DNA of 38,171 bases. It comes from Octopus bimaculoides. Taxonomy: Eukaryota. The notes beneath the pieces are model-generated. The model was given only the letters and a program-made list of their open reading frames with translations, ran no database searches and was not told where the DNA came from. Of the stretch, positions 22,680-34,084 are shown in pieces (positions within the stretch are counted from its first letter, which is position 1; each line of letters opens with the position of its first letter). The position numbers and the translations under genes are program-made. The stretch lies in the NCBI RefSeq assembly GCF_001194135.2, contig NC_068987.1, positions 9,841,770 to 9,879,940 on the forward strand, written 5' to 3'.

Positions 22680-23280
22680 TTGAAATCTTTCTGTAAGAAA
22701 CGAGCTGTTTTCTCACAGCGTAACATGGCTCCGTTTTGGGGATATAGATAACAAAAACAAATTCGCATTTTAAACTTGAGAAAGGTCTTGCATACTTTTA
22801 CTCTTCCACTTATAGATTATGTTTTTAATGTGAAATTTAGCTGGTTGAATTTTTATTTCTGAAAACCCCAGCAACTCTAGAACATTATTTACACATTTAC
22901 TCACAAAACCAAATGCAGCTATTATTATTAGCATAGATGTGAATCTATTATTTGGATATAGAAGCTGAAGGTTTCGAAGCAGTTGTCCGTAGTTATCCTT
23001 TTGATTTTTAGATTTGCAAAGAGATATTCGCATCAGTAGGGCATCTGAAACATACCTTTCTGTGTCTGTCCCAAACAACCAATATAGGGCCTCTTATGCT
23101 TACATTTGATAGAAGTTTTGATGGGAATATGGGAATAGTCCGCCAATATTACTTCTGTTGATGTTTATGTATGCATTCAAATACAGAAGTGTTTTCTGTA
23201 TTTATTTTAGGGTAGCCTTTTTTCGGATGGCATTGTATATTGCTTAAGTGACAACGTCGTGTCACGTTGGTAGGTTAGTA
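22680..23280 (-). mobile_element. Decayed 5'-truncated non-LTR retrotransposon of R4/Dong-like type (restriction-like endonuclease C-terminus plus 3' UTR)
   Basis: The frameshifted minus-strand translation reads LPT*HDVVT*AIYNAIRKK...ECIHKHQQK*YWRTIP..IKTSIKCKHKRPYI..WDRHRKVC..CPTDANIS..KDNYGQLLRNLQLLYPN..IIIAAFGFVSKC..LGFSE..GRVKVCKTFLKF. This follows the RHD, W..PI...RPDI..WD, K..Y..L and IGALG motif order of RLE LINEs. Confidence 0.75.
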
Positions 23281-23799
23281 TGTAAATACGTATACATGTG
23301 TGTATGTATGCATGTATGTATGTGTGCGTCGTGTGTATGTGTGCCAATATTGGGGGTACATTTTCAATTTGTTTTGCAGAGCAGCATCAATAACAGGATT
23401 TGAAACCCTGCTTAAAGAAATCCTAAGACCACCCATAACACGCCAATGCAACTCTAAGGAGCAAACACTCTTAATGCATCATTTGTATTCGGCTGTTAAA
23501 TTTGCTTTGGTTAAATTGACTTTCTGTCCGGCTGTTCTGCTGAAGTTATATTTCGTTGTCGATGTAGAGCTTCACAAATTGTGTTACTGCTTCGATAATT
23601 GCAACTGTCTTTGCCGATTAACCTGTAAAATTATCTTGAAATAACAAGATTTGTGTTGTGTTTTTCACAATGTTGTATTCTTTATAGAAATGAAGCATTT
23701 AAATTCTTTTTTCAAAACATCCTTTAAGAAAATACATGCATTTAATCGTTTAAAATGTAAAAAGAAGAAAACGACAAAATCCTTTCTCCATTTCCCCTC

Positions 23800-23814
23800 C
23801 TGATAATGATGATG

Positions 23815-23871
<57 letters not shown>

Positions 23872-23888
23872 TTAATGATAATAATAAA
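23800..23888. repeat. (AAT)n microsatellite
   Basis: Direct reading. Confidence 0.95.
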
Positions 23889-24325
23889 AGAATTTGAGCG
23901 AAGAAATGGAAAATTTCATTTCATTTACGTGTCAGTTCTAAGTATTCAGTAGTGAAAATTGAGAATTAATTGTGCACAGATCTTGTTAATAAATAATATC
24001 TCTTTCAGCTAACCTCACAAACATCACCAGCAGGAACAACCAATGAGAGAGCCTTTACTCAACCGTTAAAGCTGTCTGCTAGAAGACAGCAAACATTTTC
24101 TCGAATCACACTCTGCTGTCTAAAATATGAAGGAATATGAGACATTGTAATTAAGCATATAAACTGAAAGAAATAGAATGGTCACATATTTGATTATAAT
24201 ACCACTTAATATTGGCTAATTTGGCATTGGGAACAATAAAATCGGGCCAAACTGAAAACTCTTCGCTAGACCTGCTAGAAACTGCAGGTAAATATACTTC
24301 AAATCCCTACCTGTCGTTTTATATA

Positions 24326-25330
24326 CAGGGTGAAGCAGAGACGACGGACGTTTTTGAAATGGCTATTATTCAGCCCCAGGGAGAGATACGGGTGGGAACA
24401 GCCTTATTCCGACAGGTACCATTCGGTCCGTGATGGCTTAGCATTTGTTCTTCTTTTCAGGTAAAACCATGGCGCTTTTGGATGATGGAGCATTGCGTGT
24501 TATCCTACGACAGTAATGTGAAGAATATCGAGTCTGTCACAACAGTTCAGCGTGAGATTCGGCGCCACTTCAACATGCACCGGAATAAGGCTGTTCCCAC
24601 CCGTTACACAATCTTACGTTGGGCGAGTGCACTTCGTACACTAGGTACACAGGAAACTGGTGAAGGCGCCACGAAGGGTACGTAGTCCAATAAATGTGGA
24701 ACGTGTCAGACAAGCTTTGATACGGAATCTGAATCGCTCTGCTCGGAGGCATTCCACTGAACTTGTCTTCGTTAATCGATCGGTAAGGCATATTTTGCAC
24801 GAAGGCCTGCATTTTCACCCGCACAAATTGGTCATTGGACAACAGTTAAAACCATGGGACTATATGCAGCGGCTTAACTTCGACGTCAGACGGAAGCAAT
24901 TTTTGAGGCAAATGACAAACTCATTTTGTTAATGAGTGATAATGAAACTCATTTTCATCTCAATGGCCTGGTGAATCAACAGGACTGTCGTTATTGGGTT
25001 CTTGAAAATCCGAGGAAACTGCACGAAAGACCACTGCACAGCACAAAAGTGACGGTCTGATGTGCAGTTAGAAAAGCTGCCGTTATTGGTCCTTACTTTT
25101 TTGAAGACAATAATGGAAATGCTGTTACTGTGAATTCCGAGCATTACATCGAAATGATAAATAACTTCTTTGTGCCTGAATGACAACGAAAACGTGTGCC
25201 TTGTGGTTTCAGCAGGATATGGGGCGACGGCTCACATAACCAGAGCATCAGTGGGCGTTCTTCGCCCGCTCTTCGGTGACCGCATNNNNNNNNNNTCTTG
25301 TGTGGAAACCTCAAGGCACGTGTGTATAAG
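24326..25330 (+). mobile_element. Decayed Tc1/mariner DNA transposon (probably rosa/DD41D-like), left end plus most of the transposase
   Basis: It starts TA|CAGGGTG (TA at 24324-25). The broken transposase from the ATG at 24469 includes ESVTTVQREIRRHF (HTH-like), LHFHPHKL, SD[N]ETHFHLNGLVNQQDCRYW, KVTV*CA, IGPYFFED, VTVNSEHY, WFQQD/GATAH and, after the gap, FLCGNLKARVY. It has several stops and frameshifts, and no right TIR is seen. Confidence 0.9.
24469..25330 (+). pseudogene. DDD-type transposase pseudogene
   Basis: The first (SD) and second (QQD) catalytic motifs are visible. The third Asp region falls in the N gap at 25286-25295. Confidence 0.88.
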
Positions 25331-25415
25331 TCTTGGGGGCGATTTGTTCGACTAAAATCGGTGCTCCAGCATGACCGCAGTCAAATGACTGAAACAAATA
25401 AAAGAATAAAAGAAT
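25326..25415 (+). mobile_element. SINE family D 3' tail fused to the transposase remnant
   Basis: ataagtcttgggggcgatttgttcgactaaaatcggtgctccagcatgaccgcagtcaaatgactgaaacaaataaaagaataaaagaat. Confidence 0.88.
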
Positions 25416-26211
25416 AATAGAATTACCACGTTTCCTCTATCACTTTTTTTTTTTTACTTCGTCTTCTTCTGTCTTTCAAATTTCTCAGAAGTCTGGTAAT
25501 ATGCTTTGCTTCTTTCTACTGATCTCTGCCTCTTTTTCAAAATCCCGTCTCATTCTTTTAGTTTTACTCGTCCATTCTCAGCTTTTGCTTTCTGCGTATT
25601 CTTCACTCATTCACTATTCTTTCCCTTTCTTCTCTCATGTGTCATTTTCCTCCAGATTTGCTATCAGATTTCTTCAAATAACTGTAATTATTATTACAAA
25701 AGGGCTTGTTTATTCAACCACTTCATTCAAATCATACTGCTCGACTGGTTAACCGTATTAATTTATTCCTTTTCTATGGCTTTCTACACAGCTGATGTGG
25801 TTAACTTCATAGTTCAAATGCAATAAACCTCGCATCTCGCAATGTATCAGTGATTTCCCCAATTCTTAGGGTTGATATTACACGATATTGGTCAACTCCG
25901 TTAATAAAGAAATATCGGTTTTCATAAGAGCTTTATTGTGCTTAAATCCAAACAGCGACAGTCTTAAATAAACCACTAAATGTATATTCAAAAAGGGTGA
26001 TATTTAGTCTGTTCTCTATTCTATTTGTGTAATAATTCTCTTTCAATAAATAGAGACTATTCCAGACATTTTCTCAAATACATATCTAAATGTAGCCACT
26101 AGTCCGAAGTAAATATTTGTTTCTTACATAGATACAAGACCCAAAATAGGGTGAGAGAGTTTAGTGCTTGATTGATAATTAATTTTATTATCGACCCTGA
26201 AAATATGCAAG

Positions 26212-26420
26212 ACGTAGCTATGTGGTAAGAAAATAAGCTTTTCAACCTCATGGTTCTTGGTTTAGTCCCACTGCGTGGCACTTTAGGCAGGTGTCTTCTG
26301 CTACAGCATATTATCTATCTAGTTCTGAGGTCGATTTCTTCATCTGAAAAAAAAAAAAAACCTTTAAGGTGGTGCTCCAGCATGGCCGGAGTCAAATGAC
26401 TGAAACAGGTAAAGCAATAA
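26212..26420 (+). mobile_element. SINE family D copy with its middle deleted
   Basis: The head atgtggtaagaa..tagtcccactgcgtggcac is joined to the tail ggtggtgctccagcatggccggagtcaaatgactgaaacag. Confidence 0.8.
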
Positions 26421-26513
26421 CGAGTAAATCACAAATATACACAAGTACAACACCTATTTTCTGGTAACTACGCATTAACAATTTTTTCAAGCCAGGTGTG
26501 GTCACTTTGGGCA

Positions 26514-26659
26514 ACAGGTGTGGCCGTGTGGTAAGAAGTTTGTTTCCCAAATCACATGGTTCTGTGTTCAGTTCTACTGCATGGAATCTTGAGCAGGTGT
26601 CTTCTACTATAGCCTCGGGCCGACCAAAGCTTTATATAATATATTTATATATATATATA

Positions 26660-26716
<57 letters not shown>
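26514..26716 (+). mobile_element. SINE family D 5' part running into (TA)/(TG)n and a 300 N gap
   Basis: caggtgtggccgtgtggtaagaagttt..gtgtcttctactatagcctcgggccgaccaaagc. Confidence 0.85.
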
Positions 26717-27033
26717 NNNNNNNNNNNNNNNNNNNNNNNNNNNNNNNNNNNNNNNNNNNNNNNNNNNNNNNNNNNNNNNNNNNNNNNNNNNNNNNNNNNN
26801 NNNNNNNNNNNNNNNNNNNNNNNNNNNNNNNNNNNNNNNNNNNNNNNNNNNNNNNNNNNNNNNNNNNNNNNNNNNNNNNNNNNNNNNNNNNNNNNNNNNN
26901 NNNNNNNNNNNNNNNNNNNNNNNNNNNNNNNNNNNNNNNNNNNNNNNNNNNNNNNNNNNNNNNNNNNNNNNNNNNNNNNNNNNNNNNNNNNNNNNNNNNN
27001 NNNNNNNNNNNNNNNNATATATAATATAATATA

Positions 27034-27080
<47 letters not shown>

Positions 27081-27230
27081 CGTGTTTATGTGTGTTTCAT
27101 CTGTAGAGAAGTGGACACTACCTATGCTTCCTTGCCAAGTTAACACTATATCCATACATCGCTGGTAACCTATTGCCTCGATACATATTCCTATAATATA
27201 ACGCCAACCTAGACGAGTACTATGTGTGTG

Positions 27231-27286
<56 letters not shown>

Positions 27287-27528
27287 NNNNNNNNNNNNNN
27301 NNNNNNNNNNNNNNNNNNNNNNNNNNNNNNNNNNNNNNNNNNNNNNNNNNNNNNNNNNNNNNNNNNNNNNNNNNNNNNNNNNNNNNNNNNNNNNNNNNNN
27401 NNNNNNNNNNNNNNNNNNNNNNNNNNNNNNNNNNNNNNNNNNNNNNNNNNNNNNNNNNNNNNNNNNNNNNNNNNNNNNNNNNNNNNNNNNNNNNNNNNNN
27501 NNNNNNNNNNNNNNNNNNNNNNNNNNNN

Positions 27529-27571
<43 letters not shown>

Positions 27572-27869
27572 GGCAGAGAATATAATCTCAATATTTTATT
27601 ATGATTAAATAACGGTGTTAAATTTATCTTGCTATTATATAAGCAATAATCTTGTTTCCTTGCTTGGATAACTAATATTAACAACTAAATTTAACTCCAT
27701 AAGTTAGAAAATCTGATAAAATTCTGATCTCTTAAATATTTAGCCAGTTTACTGCCTGGAACGTCTATGATCTCATTTCCTTCTTCCCTTGTTTCTTTAT
27801 TTCTTTCTTTCTTTCTTCCTTTCTTTCTTTTTCCCTTTCTATCTATCTCAGTTTTATCGTTTATCATTC

Positions 27870-28277
27870 CTTTTATCTTTAACGTGGTCCAGTCGTAGGG
27901 CTGTGGCCATGTTGGAGCACTGCCTTTACAGGCTTTAGTCGAACCAATCAACTGCAGTTCGTATTTTCTTTTTCAAAAGTCTGGTACTTATTCTATCGGT
28001 CTCTTTACGCTGAACCGCTAAGTTACGGGGACCTAAACAAACCGAAACCGATTGTTAAACGATGGTGTTTAGGGACAAACTCAAAGACAAGCATACACAT
28101 ATATACATACATTCACACATATACGACAGTTTTCTTCAACTAAATCCATTTTCAAGTCATTAGTCAGCCTGGACCAATGATAAAAACATTTGCGCAATGT
28201 GCCACGCAGTGGAACTGTATGTGAAGCCACATGATTGTTAAGAGAGCTTCTTGAGCACAGAACCATACCTGCGCCTT
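27870..28277 (-). mobile_element. Near-full-length SINE family D copy
   Basis: gtggccatgttggagcactgcc, ttattctatcggtctcttt..gaaccgctaagttacggggac and gtgccacgcagtggaact are the reverse complement of the D consensus. Confidence 0.85.
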
Positions 28278-28441
28278 TTGGTAGCATTTCAAATAAAACA
28301 TCATTCTAAGGAAATTTTACAGGCTGTTAATTCCATTTTCCGATGGAAATCACAAATATACACAAGTACAACACCTGTTTTCTGGTAACTATGGATTAAC
28401 AAATTTTTCAAGCCAGGTGTGGTCAATACACTCTAAATTAA

Positions 28442-28610
28442 ACAGGCGTGGCTGTGGGGTAAGAAGTCTGCTTCCCAAACCACATGGTTCTGTGTTCAGT
28501 CCCACTGCATGGAACCTTGAGCATGTGTCTTCTACTATAGCCTCGGACCCACCAATACCTTTTGAGCGAATTTGGTTGGCGGAAACTGAAAGAAGACAGT
28601 CGTATATATA
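28442..28610 (+). mobile_element. SINE family D 5' part
   Basis: caggcgtggctgtggggtaagaagtctgcttcccaaaccacatggttc..ggaaactgaaagaagacagtcgtatata. Confidence 0.85.
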
Positions 28611-29831
28611 TATAATATTAAAGTGTCAAATAATTGCTTATGTATATATATATAAAATATTAAAGTGTCAAATAATTGCTTATGCAGTTGTGGATGTTTC
28701 TGGTCGACACACAATCAGCCATTGACCACTACATTTATGATATGAGGACACTTTAGCAGCAGCCATCTTGTCTCAATAAAGCTATCGAGGACTCAATATT
28801 TTGATTGACCATCTTTTAAAAGATGGTAGATATGATTTTAGAAAGATTTGGCACGTATTTTTAGCAAGCNNNNNNNNNNNNNNNNNNNNNNNNNNNNNNN
28901 NNNNNNNNNNNNNNNNNNNNNNNNNNNNNNNNNNNNNNNNNNNNNNNNNNNNNNNNNNNNNNNNNNNNNNNNNNNNNNNNNNNNNNNNNNNNNNNNNNNN
29001 NNNNNNNNNNNNNNNNNNNNNNNNNNNNNNNNNNNNNNNNNNNNNNNNNNNNNNNNNNNNNNNNNNNNNNNNNNNNNNNNNNNNNNNNNNNNNNNNNNNN
29101 NNNNNNNNNNNNNNNNNNNNNNNNNNNNNNNNNNNNNNNNNNNNNNNNNNNNNNNNNNNNNNNNNNNNNNNNNNNNNNNNNNNNNNNNNNNNNNNNNNNN
29201 NNNNNNNNNNNNNNNNNNNNNNNNNNNNNNNNNNNNNNNNNNNNNNNNNNNNNNNNNNNNNNNNNNNNNNNNNNNNNNNNNNNNNNNNNNNNNNNNNNNN
29301 NNNNNNNNNNNNNNNNNNNNNNNNNNNNNNNNNNNNNNNNNNNNNNNNNNNNNNNNNNNNNNNNNNNNNNNNNNNNNNNNNNNNNNNNNNNNNNNNNNNN
29401 NNNNNNNNNNNNNNNNNNNNNNNNNNNNNNNNNNNNNNNNNNNNNNNNNNNNNNNNNNNNNNNNNNNNNNNNNNNNNNNNNNNNNNNNNNNNNNNNNNNN
29501 NNNNNNNNNNNNNNNNNNNNNNNNNNNNNNNNNNNNNNNNNNNNNNNNNNNNNNNNNNNNNNNNNNNNNNNNNNNNNNNNNNNNNNNNNNNNNNNNNNNN
29601 NNNNNNNNNNNNNNNNNNNNNNNNNNNNNNNNNNNNNNNNNNNNNNNNNNNNNNNNNNNNNNNNNNNNNNNNNNNNNNNNNNNNNNNNNNNNNNNNNNNN
29701 NNNNNNNNNNNNNNNNNNNNNNNNNNNNNNNNNNNNNNNNNNNNNNNNNNNNNNNNNNNNNNNNNNNNNNNNNNNNNNNNNNNNNNNNNNNNNNNNNNNN
29801 NNNNNNNNNNNNNNNNNNNNNNNNNNNNNNN

Positions 29832-29917
29832 TGCCCATGGTGCCACGCAGTGGGACTGAACCCGGAACCATGTGGTTGGTAATCAAGCTACTTACCACAC
29901 AGCCACTTCTGCGCCTA
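29832..29917 (-). mobile_element. SINE family D head; the remainder is hidden in a 962 N gap
   Basis: tgcccatggtgccacgcagtgggactgaacccggaaccatgtggttgg..cttaccacacagccac. Confidence 0.85.
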
Positions 29918-30939
29918 CAATTACTTTATATGGTTAGACAATAAGCATATCCATTTTCTAATGGCATGCCAGTTTTGGAGAATACTTGAATCTTGAGACT
30001 CTCTAAGCTTCTCAAGTGGAATTGGTTTTAATTGCCTCTTGGTAATTATGATACATCCTTTGAGTCAGATATGATTTTCATAAATCACGAATTTATATTG
30101 TAGGGTATTCGATACACGTATACTTCTCAATGTTATTTCATTCACTTTTATGTAGGTAGGGTAGAATTTGAAGAAGATTTGGCAACAATTTTGTTAAGCC
30201 GAGCGGCCGCATTGGGGCTTCTTCGTTAACTTGAGTGTGAAACAATAGGTGTGTGTGTGTGTGTGTGTGTGTGTGGATGGTACGATGAGAAATGGAATGA
30301 GAGAAATACTGGAGTGAAAAGAAACAGAGAAATAGTGAAAAATGTTAGATAATGAGAGTAAAGGTAAAACGAAATCGAAATTTCCCGTAAGGTATTTAAC
30401 ATTTTTTCACTTATTCAGTAACGTTGTCAGAATTAATTGAGATAAATTCAGTGAAGCAAAATAGAATCTACTCATCTATAATCTAATCTAGACCGTCATT
30501 AATAAGTAAGCGAAATATTCCGACGAACCCTCGATTATCAAACTTATTCATTGTCGTGTAGGAGAATTCTATCTGGCAGCATAAGCTAGAAAGTGTAAAG
30601 TAGCAATAAACTTCACCCCTACCTATCAAAGATTTAAATTGATCAGTTCTTAGTTTCGTTCTCAGAGATTATTCAATGCCGTTCTCTAAGATATCACATA
30701 ACAAACGTCATAAAACAATAAGCCTCGACTTCGGGATCGGGGAGATATTTTCTAATCTTCTGTGTCGTACCTGTTCTTTATTACCTAACGCAGTACAGTT
30801 TTGGATATTCTGTTAATAATGTGTCGACGAAAGTTTAAAACCTTCTTTAAAATCATGGACAAACTTTAGCATCGATAAAGATAAAACAAAGTCGCCGTCT
30901 GATGATCGGTAACCTATATTGATTTCAAATTTCGGAACA

Positions 30940-31015
30940 AAACCGGTAATTTCAGGGAAGGGAGAAGAACGATCTTATCGACCCCAGTGCTCAACTGGTA
31001 CTTATTTTTATCCAA
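30940..31015 (-). mobile_element. SINE family A 3' fragment
   Basis: cttatcgaccccagtgctcaactggtacttatttt. Confidence 0.7.
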
Positions 31016-31201
31016 TTTATTGCATATACATTTTTAACACCAAAATCTTTTATGGACCCCGATTAGCAGCCATTGATCTGATCAGATGTAACATTATACT
31101 TAATGAAGATGATGGCTTTGCCACGGATGGGGACCCATGAAGCAACTAATCAATATATGTTGAGCGCATTAAATCTTTTACAATAGCAATTGGCTGTAAA
31201 A

Positions 31202-31417
31202 AGGCGGCGAACTGGCAGAAACGTTAGCACGCCGGGCGAAATGCCTAGCGGTATTTCGTCTGCCGTTACGCTCTGAGGTCAAATTCTGCCGAGGTCGACT
31301 TTGCCTTTCATCCTTTCAGGGTCGATAAATTAAGTACCAGTTGCATACTGGGGGGTCGATCATCTAATCGACCGGCCTTCTCCCCAAAAGTTTCGGGCCT
31401 AGAGTAGAAAAGAATAT
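31202..31417 (+). mobile_element. Full-length SINE family A copy
   Basis: aggcggcgaactggcagaaacgttagcacgccgggcgaaatgcctagcggtatttcgtctgccgttacg...gggcctagagtagaaaagaatat. Confidence 0.92.
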
Positions 31418-32256
31418 CAATTACCTGTAAGGAAACGAATACGGATGTCGACAAAGAAATCAACCTAATTAATAGATGATACATTGATGTAAACTTTTTC
31501 ATTTGGGTAATATAAATTTATATTTTGAATTGTGGAATTTTGGAATTTTCTAATGTGTTTACGAAAGTTTTAGAAGTTTTAAGGAAGTCTGTATAACATA
31601 TGACTAAATCTGATTGAATAATAGTGTAATACAAAGTGTATACTCATTGATTGTGATAAAAGTACTGCCTACAGATAACCGAAGAATGATACAGCTGCGG
31701 CTTTTATTTTCCGAATAATATATTTGAAGTTGTAACAGATTACGAAAATACCATCGGCCAACAGTTGTAAATTCGGCACCAAAATGTCGCAGAGGTCTTT
31801 ATGTGATATCAGCACTTAGACAATAATACTCATCACAGTTCAAAATAAAGATTTTTGCCTACTGGTAACACAGTTCGACAAAAGGTATGTAATGTCTTTT
31901 GTGATAAGTTTGAAGATTTTCTATGGTTTGACTTTATAATAAAGCTTAGTCAATAAATTTTAAATAGACTTCGAAGCATACATTTAAATAGTTGTTTATC
32001 GGGTTTTATTTACACGGCCATGAATATATATGCTTTAATGAAAATTTCTATTAAAAAATCTTTGTTACTGCTATTTATAGATATTGATCTGTTTCTCTAA
32101 GAAAAAACTTTTCATTTTAGTTTCCTAGAAATCTTATACAAGTGATTTGGTTTTATGCTTCTATTTATCCTTCAATTAGTACAATGCCAGAAATTTATTA
32201 ACGTTGAACTTATTTTCCTGTTTTGAAATAAATCATACAAGTAATACTGTAATGTA

Positions 32257-32426
32257 TTGATTCTAAATGCTGGCACAAGGCCTGCAATTTCGGGGGAGGG
32301 GATAAGTCAACCCCAAAAGCATGAAAGACAAAGTCGACCTCGGTGGAATTTGAACTCAAAATAACGACGGACGAAATACCACGAAGCATTTCACGCGGCG
32401 TGCTCCCGATTCTGCCAGCTCGCCTC
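32257..32426 (-). mobile_element. SINE family A copy with an internal deletion
   Basis: tggcacaaggcc..aaagtcgacctcggtggaatttgaactc..gattctgccagctcgcc. The segment between the first ggggtcga and the later tcgact motif is missing. Confidence 0.85.
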
Positions 32427-32980
32427 TTTAGCATTGTAATATATTAATCACAGCAAAAGGCAGCAGAAAAAAATGCATAATAATATTTGGTCCCAGCATT
32501 CGATTTTCGAAGTTTAAATCACTCGTTTCGATATGGATTGAATTTCATCGTTGATTTCTTCGACCTTGTCTGACTTGAGGCTAAATTACAACACCATTGG
32601 TTCATCGTTGTGTATCTGATTTGAATATTGATTAATTGCATGTTAATAAATTAATATCTGATGAACTAGTGCCAAAGTAATCCGGGTCATCTGTGGCTTC
32701 TTCTGACTCGGTTCATAACTCCTGGCATGAAGATTGTACTTAATTTCACCGTTAAACAGGATATACAATGCATTTTTCTTAAAAGATGATGACAACTCTG
32801 AAAATTGGGAGTGATGTGTAGGTGGGGGTGTTTCAGTATCTTGAAATCTAGACGTAATGGTAAATAAATGGATTCCATTTTCAGTTTGAGCATATGAAAA
32901 AAACAAAAAACCCTTTGAATCAGTTAAAAATGTTCAGACAACAAACTTCCTGTTGTGCTGTGCTATTGATCTCACACAAA

Positions 32981-33182
32981 GCGACCAGCTGGCAGAATCG
33001 TTTGAATTTCGAACATAAAAAGCTCGGCGGCATTTCGCTTATCTTTACATTCTGATTTCAAATTCCACCGATTACGACTTTGCCCTTCATCCTTTCGATG
33101 TCGATAAAATAAGTACCAGTTCACCACTAGGGTTAATGTAATCGACTTACTCTTCGCACGAATTTGCTGGCCATGTGCCAAA
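32981..33182 (+). mobile_element. SINE family A copy running into an 876 N gap
   Basis: gctggcagaatcgtt..cgactttgcccttcatcctttcgatgtcgataaaataagtaccagt..gtaatcgactt. Confidence 0.82.
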
Positions 33183-34084
33183 NNNNNNNNNNNNNNNNNN
33201 NNNNNNNNNNNNNNNNNNNNNNNNNNNNNNNNNNNNNNNNNNNNNNNNNNNNNNNNNNNNNNNNNNNNNNNNNNNNNNNNNNNNNNNNNNNNNNNNNNNN
33301 NNNNNNNNNNNNNNNNNNNNNNNNNNNNNNNNNNNNNNNNNNNNNNNNNNNNNNNNNNNNNNNNNNNNNNNNNNNNNNNNNNNNNNNNNNNNNNNNNNNN
33401 NNNNNNNNNNNNNNNNNNNNNNNNNNNNNNNNNNNNNNNNNNNNNNNNNNNNNNNNNNNNNNNNNNNNNNNNNNNNNNNNNNNNNNNNNNNNNNNNNNNN
33501 NNNNNNNNNNNNNNNNNNNNNNNNNNNNNNNNNNNNNNNNNNNNNNNNNNNNNNNNNNNNNNNNNNNNNNNNNNNNNNNNNNNNNNNNNNNNNNNNNNNN
33601 NNNNNNNNNNNNNNNNNNNNNNNNNNNNNNNNNNNNNNNNNNNNNNNNNNNNNNNNNNNNNNNNNNNNNNNNNNNNNNNNNNNNNNNNNNNNNNNNNNNN
33701 NNNNNNNNNNNNNNNNNNNNNNNNNNNNNNNNNNNNNNNNNNNNNNNNNNNNNNNNNNNNNNNNNNNNNNNNNNNNNNNNNNNNNNNNNNNNNNNNNNNN
33801 NNNNNNNNNNNNNNNNNNNNNNNNNNNNNNNNNNNNNNNNNNNNNNNNNNNNNNNNNNNNNNNNNNNNNNNNNNNNNNNNNNNNNNNNNNNNNNNNNNNN
33901 NNNNNNNNNNNNNNNNNNNNNNNNNNNNNNNNNNNNNNNNNNNNNNNNNNNNNNNNNNNNNNNNNNNNNNNNNNNNNNNNNNNNNNNNNNNNNNNNNNNN
34001 NNNNNNNNNNNNNNNNNNNNNNNNNNNNNNNNNNNNNNNNNNNNNNNNNNNNNNNNNNACACACACACACACATACACACATTT

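Noticed and set aside
23800-23888. (AAT)n array as the target site of the R4/Dong-like element
   Set aside because: It lies about 520 bp from the element's truncated end and is not at either junction.
30480-30900. Possible decayed CR1/Jockey-like LINE 3' end (QRLFNAV-like motif)
   Set aside because: Only a few residues resemble the motif, and no continuous frame could be reconstructed.
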